This document shows positions 1 through 8,042 of a stretch of DNA of 36,802 bases, one piece after another (the stretch's first letter is position 1; every line of letters starts with the position of its first letter). The position numbers and the translations under genes were made by a program. Source of the stretch: Candidatus Micrarchaeota archaeon (lineage in GTDB: Archaea; Micrarchaeota; Micrarchaeia; Micrarchaeales; CABMGC01); contig DAHXKV010000024.1 in the NCBI GenBank assembly GCA_027366155.1, positions 1 to 36,802 of the forward strand, in the 5' to 3' direction. The notes under the pieces are model-generated. The model was not told where the DNA came from. It was given only the letters and a program-made list of their open reading frames with translations, and did no database searches.

Positions 1-3000
1 CCTGTGGCATCTGTCAAGGCAACTGACTCTGCATCCACACCGCAGACTGCAACAGCATCAACCACCATGACAGAGAAAGCACTTCCAACTGTGACAGTCT
101 CACCTTCAGCATCTGCTTTCGATGGAGGGGACGAGGTAACATTCACTGCAACCGCCTCATTGGGCACACCCCCATACACATATGCATGGACCGCAAACGC
201 GACAGCAGGATTCTCAGGAACATGTGCCTCATCAACATCCTGTACAATAACCGCTCCAACACCAACAGCCAAAACCTCATACGGCAAGGCAGTTTCTTTA
301 ATTGTTTCCGACGCAGTTAATGGGCAGTCTGCACCTTCATATGGGGCAGTCACAATAAACCCTGCTCTCCAGAAACCAGTAATCTCAGCTACCAATACCG
401 TGGTAGATGCCGGACAATACACTATTCTCAGCGCTTCCACCAATGGCGGCTCGGGCTCATACAAATATTCATACTACCAAACGGCCTGCACAGGGAGTGC
501 GCTGGCCAGCAACATTGTCCAGCCTTCTGTTCCGTCAACCACATACTGCGTTAGCTCGAATGACGGAATAGACACGACTACAAACACGATTACAATAACT
601 GCCAACAACGACCCAGTAGTAACACTAAGTGCAAACGTGCTTGCGACAGATTCTGGGTCTGATGTGCTCCTGACTGCAACGCCATCTTATGGCACAGGGA
701 ATTCGGGCAATTACATATGGGGTGGACCTCCTGTTCCTGTATCTTGCAACGGCCAACCAACGTGCATTGTCAGCATGCCTAGCGTTTCAACATCCATTCC
801 GCAGAGTTATTCCATAAAATACACAGACAGCGTGTTATTCCCTGCAACCGCCACCATTTCCATAACTGACAATCCCCTGCCTCAGATAACCTCAAACCAG
901 AACAATCTGGTACTTGACTCCGGGCAGTCTTTCCAACTCTCAGAAACGCCTGTTTCGGGCACCGGCACTGGCACATTCGTCTACTCATGGACTCTTGGGG
1001 GCATTCAGGGGAACAACTGCACCACTCTCAACACATGCACGGTGTCCGCACCGCAGGTGACTTCCATGAAGACCTACACTATTACTGTGCAGGCTACAGA
1101 CCGTGTAAATGTGCCTTCAAATCTTGAAAGCATAAGCGTAACTGTATACCCTCAGATAAGTACTCCGGTATTAGAACCGATAGCGCCACTGCTGGACTTT
1201 GGCCAGATGCGCATAATAAGCGGAACTGTCTCAGGAGGGACAGGTAAGTACCAGTACGCATGGAACAACGTTACTTCAGGAAACCCCATCTCCATACCCA
1301 ATTCAAATTCTCAGACGTACACCTTCAGCGACCTTTCTAAAAATGCGATCATCTTCACATATGAACTGACAGTAACCGATATTGGGACAACTCCCGGAGC
1401 AGTACCGCCAATCAGAGCAACTTCTGCTGAGGACCCAGTCATGGTGAGTGGCAATGCGTTGATATCTCCGATAGTCATGCCATCAGGCCCTCTGCCTGGA
1501 AACGCTCTCGATGTAGGCCAACACCTACTCCTGAATGCATATACTGCAGGCGGCTCTCCTCCCTACACCTATGATTGGTATCTTAATCCTCCCGGGAATA
1601 TACCTATTGCAAATCTTGTAGGCATGGCATCCAATACATTTACGCTCGCAGGCAACAGTTCTACGATGGGCAATGCACTGATTGTAGTAAAAGCTGATGA
1701 CGGCCTAACTTCGACGGTTTCAATCCCTTACCCATTCACAATATACCCGGCCCCTGCAATCGCGTCTCCAAGCCCTAATTCTCAGAACATGATTCAGGGA
1801 CAGCTTGCCTCGATTACCGATTCCGGCGCCACCGGAGGCAGCTCTGACTTCGCATACCAATGGCTTGAAAAAGCTCCTGGCGCATCCGCATTCACTCAGG
1901 CAAACGACTGCAGCGCGCCTACAACAACCGCCTGCAGCTTCCAGACATCTTCCTCCACACAAACAGGCACATACTCATTCGAGTTAGAAGCGACTGACAT
2001 GGGCGTCTCTAGCACAGCAACCCCCTCGGCAAATGTCATAAGCTCGCCTGTGAACGTTGTAGTTGCCCAGGTACCCACACTTGCATTACAGCCGAGCAAC
2101 TCAACGTTAGATGCAAACCAGATAGAGACATACACTGTAAGCGTAAACGGTGGCTTCGGCCCATTCAACATAGAATTCTACAACATCTCGTACCCTAAGC
2201 AGTTAGGAAGCAACGTGATAATATCTGCACCAGGCGGTAGCAATACGATCACATTCACTGCCAACACTACTGTTTCGAATACCGAGCTTTCATACACTGC
2301 AATGGCTACGGACACGGGCTCTACGACGCCATTCTCATTCAACTCAGTCTCAAACACGATAACAGTAAATCCCAAACTCGGTTCCGTTCTCTATTCCAAC
2401 TCCAACGTTGTGGATGCAGGCCAGCAGGGCCTCATAACCGCTTCAATTGGTGGTGGAACGCCTCCATACACCTACCTGTTTGATATATACAATGCGTCGA
2501 ACACGGTTGTTGCTACATATACTGACTCTAATGTGCCTGGGATAACGGGTGTGTATTCCCTTATCTTCCCTTCCAATGCCGTGGGCAACGACCGCATAAC
2601 TGCACATATAACCGACTCAGCATCAACCCCTGCGAATGAACTGCTCTCAAACACCATAACTGTAAACCCCATGCTTGCGATACTCAGCCTTTCCGCATCA
2701 TCCCCAATAACTGCGGGGCAGTCAACCTCCCTAAACGGAAATATTATCGGAGGCTCAGGAACCTACAATGCGGAATGGTACTCAACAAACGGAATTGGAT
2801 TTAACTTAACTGGTACAGAAGTTTCGAATTCCATCCCGTTAACAATAACTGAGAACATCGTTGGCACTTATTATTACTATCTTTCTGCAAATGACGGATA
2901 CGAGACAGTAAATTCGCCAGTGCTGAGCGTAATCGTGAACAGTGCATCCCCTCCGGTATCCTCCGGAGGTTCAGTAGGAAGCGGTGGAGGCTCAGGCGGA

Positions 3001-3816
3001 GGAAGCGGAGTCGCTGCGCCTTCTGGAGGAGGTACATTCAAGCCTACTGTTGCCTCAATAGGCAACAGCTGCTACCAGATATCAAACCTCACTTCCCCTG
3101 ACTTTGCAGTGGTGAACTTCTCCACCGGGGAGTCATTCAACATACGCGCAAACTTCATCTCGCCTACGAATGCCGGAGTGACAATCAACGGCGCAACCTC
3201 ATACACGCTTGCTCCAAAAATACCTGTCTCGATGGGCCTGCTGAACGGCTACAACTACACCCTTAACCTGCAGAATATCTCATATGTCCCAGCAGTACAC
3301 ACGATAACCATTAATGCGTGCTCGGCAACAACCGCGCCTGCCAAGACAACAAACACCACACTCCTGAAACCGAGCGTCGGTGTTGTGCTGGGTAGCAGCA
3401 GCGTGCAGAGCGGTGCCAGCAGCACAGTAACTGCAACAACGTCCAATAGAAACGACACGGTCGAAATACTCGTGAATAATGTTTCAGAAGGCGCAGGGAA
3501 GGGCAGTGCGACATTCAACACGGCAAGCCTAGGCCCAGGCACCTATCTGGTTGAGGCATGCGATACCTCATACACGCCAAAGACGTGCAGCACACATGCC
3601 TCGCTCACAGTGCTGGCACCAGCGCAGACGCAGCCTACGCAAACATCAGCAAACAAGACCACAAACACTACAAAGACAAAGCTCAGCTCCAAGACAAGCA
3701 CCACTACAGTATCGCCTTCGCTCATAGCCCTTGGGGTTGGCATAGCAGTTGCAATAGCTGTGGCAGGGGCATACTATGGATTAGGGAGAAGGCCTAGGAG
3801 ACAGAGAGGCAGGTAA
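1..3816 (+). CDS. Large cell-surface protein, 5'-truncated by the window edge: about 10 tandem Ig-like modules, Gly/Ser linker, Thr-rich stalk, C-terminal membrane anchor (S-layer/adhesin-like)
   Basis: Frame 1 is open from base 1 to TAA 3814-3816, and the GTG at 4 is only the first start-like codon in the window. The translation shows repeated ~95-aa modules with a GG(T/S)PPYTYxW-like core. These are followed by the linker SGGSVGSGGGSGGGSG and a Thr-rich stretch. The C-terminus has the hydrophobic helix LIALGVGIAVAIAVAGAYYGL followed by RRPRRQRGR. NxS/T sequons are numerous. Confidence 0.85.
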   Translation, partial: PVASVKATDSASTPQTATASTTMTEKALPTVTVSPSASAFDGGDEVTFTATASLGTPPYTYAWTANATAGFSGTCASSTSCTITAPTPTAKTSYGKAVSLIVSDAVNGQSAPSYGAVTINPALQKPVISATNTVVDAGQYTILSASTNGGSGSYKYSYYQTACTGSALASNIVQPSVPSTTYCVSSNDGIDTTTNTITITANNDPVVTLSANVLATDSGSDVLLTATPSYGTGNSGNYIWGGPPVPVSCNGQPTCIVSMPSVSTSIPQSYSIKYTDSVLFPATATISITDNPLPQITSNQNNLVLDSGQSFQLSETPVSGTGTGTFVYSWTLGGIQGNNCTTLNTCTVSAPQVTSMKTYTITVQATDRVNVPSNLESISVTVYPQISTPVLEPIAPLLDFGQMRIISGTVSGGTGKYQYAWNNVTSGNPISIPNSNSQTYTFSDLSKNAIIFTYELTVTDIGTTPGAVPPIRATSAEDPVMVSGNALISPIVMPSGPLPGNALDVGQHLLLNAYTAGGSPPYTYDWYLNPPGNIPIANLVGMASNTFTLAGNSSTMGNALIVVKADDGLTSTVSIPYPFTIYPAPAIASPSPNSQNMIQGQLASITDSGATGGSSDFAYQWLEKAPGASAFTQANDCSAPTTTACSFQTSSSTQTGTYSFELEATDMGVSSTATPSANVISSPVNVVVAQVPTLALQPSNSTLDANQIETYTVSVNGGFGPFNIEFYNISYPKQLGSNVIISAPGGSNTITFTANTTVSNTELSYTAMATDTGSTTPFSFNSVSNTITVNPKLGSVLYSNSNVVDAGQQGLITASIGGGTPPYTYLFDIYNASNTVVATYTDSNVPGITGVYSLIFPSNAVGNDRITAHITDSASTPANELLSNTITVNPMLAILSLSASSPITAGQSTSLNGNIIGGSGTYNAEWYSTNGIGFNLTGTEVSNSIPLTITENIVGTYYYYLSANDGYETVNSPVLSVIVNSASPPVSSGGSVGSGGGSGGGSGVAAPSGGGTFKPTVASIGNSCYQISNLTSPDFAVVNFSTGESFNIRANFISPTNAGVTINGATSYTLAPKIPVSMGLLNGYNYTLNLQNISYVPAVHTITINACSATTAPAKTTNTTLLKPSVGVVLGSSSVQSGASSTVTATTSNRNDTVEILVNNVSEGAGKGSATFNTASLGPGTYLVEACDTSYTPKTCSTHASLTVLAPAQTQPTQTSANKTTNTTKTKLSSKTSTTTVSPSLIALGVGIAVAIAVAGAYYGLGRRPRRQRGR

Positions 3817-3904
3817 TCCCTAACCCTCAAGAATTCAAGGTGCCGGAGTGCAACTAGCTCATTGTGTGGTCCTAATCTCCCTGTAGAGGGACGCATGGCC
3901 CTGT

Positions 3905-4783
3905 TCACGGCGCAGAGTATTTAGAGGTCCATGAACTGGTGTATACAACACTTGTTGGCACTCCGTTGTTGAGGTTGCCAGAGTAATCGTTTGCGTTGCC
4001 ATTCAGCGGCCACCAGCCTGTCAGCCCATCCAATCCAATCGGCACCCCACCAATGCCCTCCTGATAGAGTGATTCAACCTCCCCCGAAGAGAGCGTAGTG
4101 TTGTAAATCTGGACATCAGCAATCTGCCCGTTGAAGTTTGCTGTTCCAGCCGCATCATTGCCTATGTATGTCTGCTGGGTTACGGTGGGCGTGTAATAAG
4201 AGGAAGAGGAAACCGTGCACGAATAAGGCGCAGCGACTCCGTTTATGTAAAACGGATAATTCGAACCATCATAGAGCCCTCCCGCGCCACTGTCTATCTC
4301 TACTGTCACAAAAACCCATTTTCCCGAAACGAGGTTCTGGCTCACTCCATCAATATATGCTCCTCCAGCATTTATTCCGAAGCATCCTCCCCCGAAAGCT
4401 ATGACTGTATCAGCGAACCCAATTACCACATTCCCTGTGCCTCCATTGCCGTACATCCAGAATGAAATGGTATCATAGCCATTTGTTATCACTTCTGTGT
4501 CAAGCGTGTTTACTGAAGCTGTGGCTGCACCAAACCCGCCTACATACTGCGGGAGCTCGTTGTTGCAGGTGCCCTCAAGGCTTTCGAAGGCAGTTGTTCC
4601 GGGACCCTGCGGCCTATATACCTGGCAGCTTCCTGGCCCGACTTTTGGGGCAAGGCTTGCTGAATTGAAGAACCCTAGTTCAAACAAGGCCCCAAGCACC
4701 ACTGCAATTATGAGTATGGCCCATCCATAAGTCATCAGGTACTCCATGGCACTCTGGGCTCTGAGTGCAGCGTCAAATCCCAA
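3905..4783 (-). CDS. Archaeal type IV pilin-like protein (class III signal peptide) carrying a LamG/ConA-like lectin domain
   Basis: The ORF spans 3905..4861. The motif RAQSAMEYLMTYGWAILIIAVVLGAL matches the class III (prepilin) signal peptide pattern [KR][GA]QxSxEYL plus a hydrophobic helix. TTG at 4783 gives the typical short leader MGFDAALRAQS and lies ~35 nt downstream of an AATTATTAAG TATA-like box. ATG at 4831 or 4861 would add an atypical 16-26 aa. The LamG-type signature FNGQIADVQIYNTTLSSGEVESLY is present. Confidence 0.8.
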   Translation of the reverse strand: MGFDAALRAQSAMEYLMTYGWAILIIAVVLGALFELGFFNSASLAPKVGPGSCQVYRPQGPGTTAFESLEGTCNNELPQYVGGFGAATASVNTLDTEVITNGYDTISFWMYGNGGTGNVVIGFADTVIAFGGGCFGINAGGAYIDGVSQNLVSGKWVFVTVEIDSGAGGLYDGSNYPFYINGVAAPYSCTVSSSSYYTPTVTQQTYIGNDAAGTANFNGQIADVQIYNTTLSSGEVESLYQEGIGGVPIGLDGLTGWWPLNGNANDYSGNLNNGVPTSVVYTSSWTSKYSAP

Positions 4784-4813
4784 AAATATCCCAGACTGAT
4801 AAACACAGCATAG

Positions 4814-4823
4814 CTTAATAATT
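4814..4823 (-). promoter_or_regulatory. TATA-like box (AATTATTAAG on the minus strand) upstream of the pilin-like gene
   Basis: This AT-rich octamer-like element is centred ~35 nt upstream of the TTG at 4783. It would lie inside the CDS if ATG 4831 or 4861 were the real start. Confidence 0.3.
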
Positions 4824-4903
4824 AGCACCATGGAAGGCTGAAAACACGCGTGTTTAAGCATGGTCTTTTAAACTATCGCTTCACAGAATAGCAATGGGAT
4901 TTC

Positions 4904-6931
4904 ATGCGTGGGAAATTAATGCTGTTGGGAATACTGTTTGCATCTGGCCTTATCGGATTTGCAGGTGCAAGTCAGGGGATAGGCGGATGGAATGCAACAA
5001 CGCCAGTTACGTTCGGCCCATACATCTGCGTTAATTACACTACTACTCTCTTCTGTTCAGACTCGCTACATTGGTACTCCACGACCCTCTCTTCAACTGG
5101 CATAAGCCCATGGAAACAGATAAACTCAACCTTCCCGCAGACCTTGCAGGGCTGCAACGGCCAAGGGCTATACAATGGATACTTTTATTGTTTTAGCCAT
5201 ACAATAGCACGCAATCCAGTCGCATACTACGCCAAGATCAATTCAACTGCACTTGGCAACTGGACCGAGATAAGCGTGCCTTCGTCATTCGGGGCGTCGC
5301 TCGGCACCGGGAGGTATGCCTGCGCATTCTATTCTGCCGGCGGCGAGTTCGTATACTGCACAGCAGAAAACGTAAACAGCAAAGCCTCATACTATGCACG
5401 GGTAAATTCCACCGGGGGCATAGGCAGCTGGAATGCTTCAACGCCTGTAGGGGTAACCGACCTGGGTTATCCCTCGTCATTCGGCCAATATTTCGGAGTG
5501 ATAGGTGAGAACACGCTATACTACGGAATATCCGGCACCTCAAACATAAACTTTGTTAATCTCACAAGTACTGGCGCACTCACAGGCTACGGCTCAACAA
5601 CGAGCTTCCCTAATTCAAACGTTGACTGTTCCTACTACAACGGATATATGTATTGTGTAGACTCCAGCAACAACACCGAGTATGTATCCCCGGTAACTGC
5701 CCCTGTAGGCTTCGGCCCCTTCAACAAGACAACGCCTTTTCCATCCGGGATAACTCCATTTGTTGGCGCAGAAGACGCTGCGCCGCAGTGGGGCATTATA
5801 GTTAATAATTACATATACGATCTGGTACTTTCCGGTGACAGTTACTACGCAAAGATTGTCAACTCATCTCCCATACCGCCGCCTTCAGTTTCAGTCTCCC
5901 CAACCTCGCAGAGCGAGGACACAGGCCAACCTGTAACAATAACGGCGACAGTGACAAACCCAGGCTCCGGAGGCGACACAGTCTCATGGTACAACGACTC
6001 ATCCGGAACGCCTGTCCTCACGGCACAGGGCGGCACAACCTTCTCGATCGCATCGCTTCCGCAGGGAACCTACTCCTACTACGCAGAAGTGACCGACTCA
6101 AACGGGGGAACAGGCAGATCAAACACCGCAGCCGTCTCGGTGAATGCATCCATCCAGGCCAAATGTAACTATTCGGATGACGATTATGGGATCCACATCG
6201 CAGGAAACGGCATAACAAAGGAAATATCGGTAACGAATCAGAGTTACGTCACAGTCACAGGAAATTCGAATAACGTTGCTATCAGCATTGAAAACTCATG
6301 CCCAGTCTATGTAAAAGTTGCAGGAGGTTCAAATAAGCTCACAATTGCGAATGGCACAATATTCCTTGATGAAGCAGGCAATTCCAACAACGTTACTATG
6401 CATGGTGTAAGTGTCAAAGGCCAGAAAATAGTCGGATCTGACAATTATGTATACAATGTCGACCTTGTGGGGAACAGTCTTACTGTCTCTGGAAACAATG
6501 AGCACATCAACAATGTAATCGTCAGAAATGCAAGCCAGATTCAGATTATTGGAAACTCCAACGTGGCAAATCTGACTCTTGAAAGCAACAAGACTGCGGA
6601 CTTATCTATAATGGGCAAGTCCAACATTGTGGTCATTCATAATGGCAGTGCCGCAATCGAGATTAATGGAAATTCGAACATTGTTAACCTTTACGACGCT
6701 GCCGTACAGAGCCGTAAGATCACTGGAAACAATAATGAGATAAATACTTCCTCAATCACTCTCCCAGCCCTTCCACGCAACAACGGAAACGAATATGGAA
6801 ACGGAACCGAAAATGGGAATAGTTCAAGAGGACACGGTGAAGGACAAAAATGGAATAATTACTGGCAGTTCTGGAGAAACAAAACTGGAATTCAATGGGG
6901 AGAATCTATCTGGCCGTCTACTTTTAATTAA
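4904..6931 (+). CDS. Secreted three-part surface protein: propeller-like repeats + Ig-like module + GNSN beta-solenoid
   Basis: It starts with a Sec-type signal peptide, MRGKLMLLGILFASGLIGFAGA. Six ~55-aa repeats follow, ending in YYA(K/R)(I/V)NS..G.W. Next is one Ig-like module (GTYSYYAEVTDSNGGTGRSNTAAVSV), then about nine ~20-aa coils with a G-N-S-N-x-V core. The tail is Asn/Gly-rich. Confidence 0.85.
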   Translation: MRGKLMLLGILFASGLIGFAGASQGIGGWNATTPVTFGPYICVNYTTTLFCSDSLHWYSTTLSSTGISPWKQINSTFPQTLQGCNGQGLYNGYFYCFSHTIARNPVAYYAKINSTALGNWTEISVPSSFGASLGTGRYACAFYSAGGEFVYCTAENVNSKASYYARVNSTGGIGSWNASTPVGVTDLGYPSSFGQYFGVIGENTLYYGISGTSNINFVNLTSTGALTGYGSTTSFPNSNVDCSYYNGYMYCVDSSNNTEYVSPVTAPVGFGPFNKTTPFPSGITPFVGAEDAAPQWGIIVNNYIYDLVLSGDSYYAKIVNSSPIPPPSVSVSPTSQSEDTGQPVTITATVTNPGSGGDTVSWYNDSSGTPVLTAQGGTTFSIASLPQGTYSYYAEVTDSNGGTGRSNTAAVSVNASIQAKCNYSDDDYGIHIAGNGITKEISVTNQSYVTVTGNSNNVAISIENSCPVYVKVAGGSNKLTIANGTIFLDEAGNSNNVTMHGVSVKGQKIVGSDNYVYNVDLVGNSLTVSGNNEHINNVIVRNASQIQIIGNSNVANLTLESNKTADLSIMGKSNIVVIHNGSAAIEINGNSNIVNLYDAAVQSRKITGNNNEINTSSITLPALPRNNGNEYGNGTENGNSSRGHGEGQKWNNYWQFWRNKTGIQWGESIWPSTFN

Positions 6932-7328
6932 ACAGATCCAGATACCAATTTCCCGCAAAGCGGCAACGACTTTTGGGATTATATAGTTGGGATCTATTGG
7001 CCGGTTCTCCTTCCTGCGCCTTCTTCTTCGTTTTCCTCCCTGTTTATCTTGTGCTTGCATTTTCTGCAAGAGAGTTCTACGCCTACGGCACGGAACGGAT
7101 GGCTGCTACAGCTGCATTGGCACATAACCCTCCAACCATTCTTATCAAGACAGCGTTCGCACATAACAATCCCTACCAAATCAATGATGTACCTGCTTCT
7201 GATATCCTTTGAGCTTAGGTATTTAAATAATATATCATGGCGGAGCACCAAAGCACCTGACAACAACAGTCAACAGGTACACACATTTCCAGTAGTAACG
7301 ACTAAGTGAAATTTCCTAAATCTCAAGC

Positions 7329-7338
7329 ATTAAATATC
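7329..7338 (+). promoter_or_regulatory. TATA-like box (ATTAAATATC) upstream of the orphan gene 7364..7912
   Basis: It is centred ~30 nt upstream of ATG 7364, which is the geometry expected for a leaderless or short-leader archaeal transcript. Confidence 0.35.
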
Positions 7339-7363
7339 TGAAAGCAGCTAACCTATTGTTTAA

Positions 7364-7912
7364 ATGAATACAAGAAGAGCTACAACAACCAACTCCGGCG
7401 CCAAGAATGCCCTGCGTGACATTCGTAGGGATACATATGAGAATGAACGTTATCAAATGCGCAAATGGGCAGCCTCAGTACCTGAAAAAACCGGTATTCT
7501 GCAAGCAAAAAAGGAAACGCAGAAGTTTATCCTTGATATGCGGGAAAAAGCCAACTCTCTTCTGGGAAAGGAAAAAGGCGAACTGGCAGTTAGAGGATAC
7601 GACTTACTACTTGAGAATTATCTGGGCATAATAGCGTATCAGGCAGTGAAGAAATGTGGATATATAATAGAAATCGCATTTGGCAATGAGCCAATTCTAA
7701 ATGAAAAATCCCGTCCTCTAACACGAAAGGCAATAGCCATAAATGTTGCCAATGCAGAAGAAAGTATTTCAAAAATGGCAAAAACATACATGGAAGAGCT
7801 CCTAGTTTCACGTGAAAAGTTGAGAGAAGCTTCCACGGCCGAAGATTTTTCAAGGCTATTTACACCTGTTCAGGCAAAGCGCATAATGGATGGAGTACGC
7901 TCCGTATTCTAA
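7364..7912 (+). CDS. Hypothetical protein (orphan, Lys/Glu-rich, predicted soluble)
   Basis: This 182-aa ORF has an ATG start and a TATA-like box at about -30. I recognised no motif. The local sequence looks more AT-rich than the flanking genes by eye. Confidence 0.55.
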   Translation: MNTRRATTTNSGAKNALRDIRRDTYENERYQMRKWAASVPEKTGILQAKKETQKFILDMREKANSLLGKEKGELAVRGYDLLLENYLGIIAYQAVKKCGYIIEIAFGNEPILNEKSRPLTRKAIAINVANAEESISKMAKTYMEELLVSREKLREASTAEDFSRLFTPVQAKRIMDGVRSVF

Positions 7913-8042
7913 AAAAAGACAAGACTTAGGAACTAAATGGGCCGAGAACGCCTCTAATTCGCCGAGTAGGCAAACAAAACTGGAATAGCCAATCAAACAC
8001 TGCCAAGCTGTCTAAAACCATAACTTAGATAAAGTTAAAAAC

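Noticed and set aside
2950-3030. GGN-rich DNA (also at 36279..36341), considered as a tandem repeat or CRISPR-like element
   Set aside because: Both stretches lie in frame inside long ORFs and encode Gly/Ser linkers. There is no repeat-spacer periodicity.
6973-7212. 79-aa plus-strand ORF with one hydrophobic stretch (TTG start) in the 6932-7363 gap
   Set aside because: It has only a non-ATG start, no promoter-like element at the right distance, and overlaps other equally weak ORFs. This is insufficient support.
7184-7259. Possible C/D-box sRNA (AUGAUGU ... CUGA ... CUGA)
   Set aside because: The C box is imperfect, the C-to-D' spacing is only 8 nt, there is no C' box, and the overall span (~75 nt) does not fit the archaeal C/D sRNA layout.
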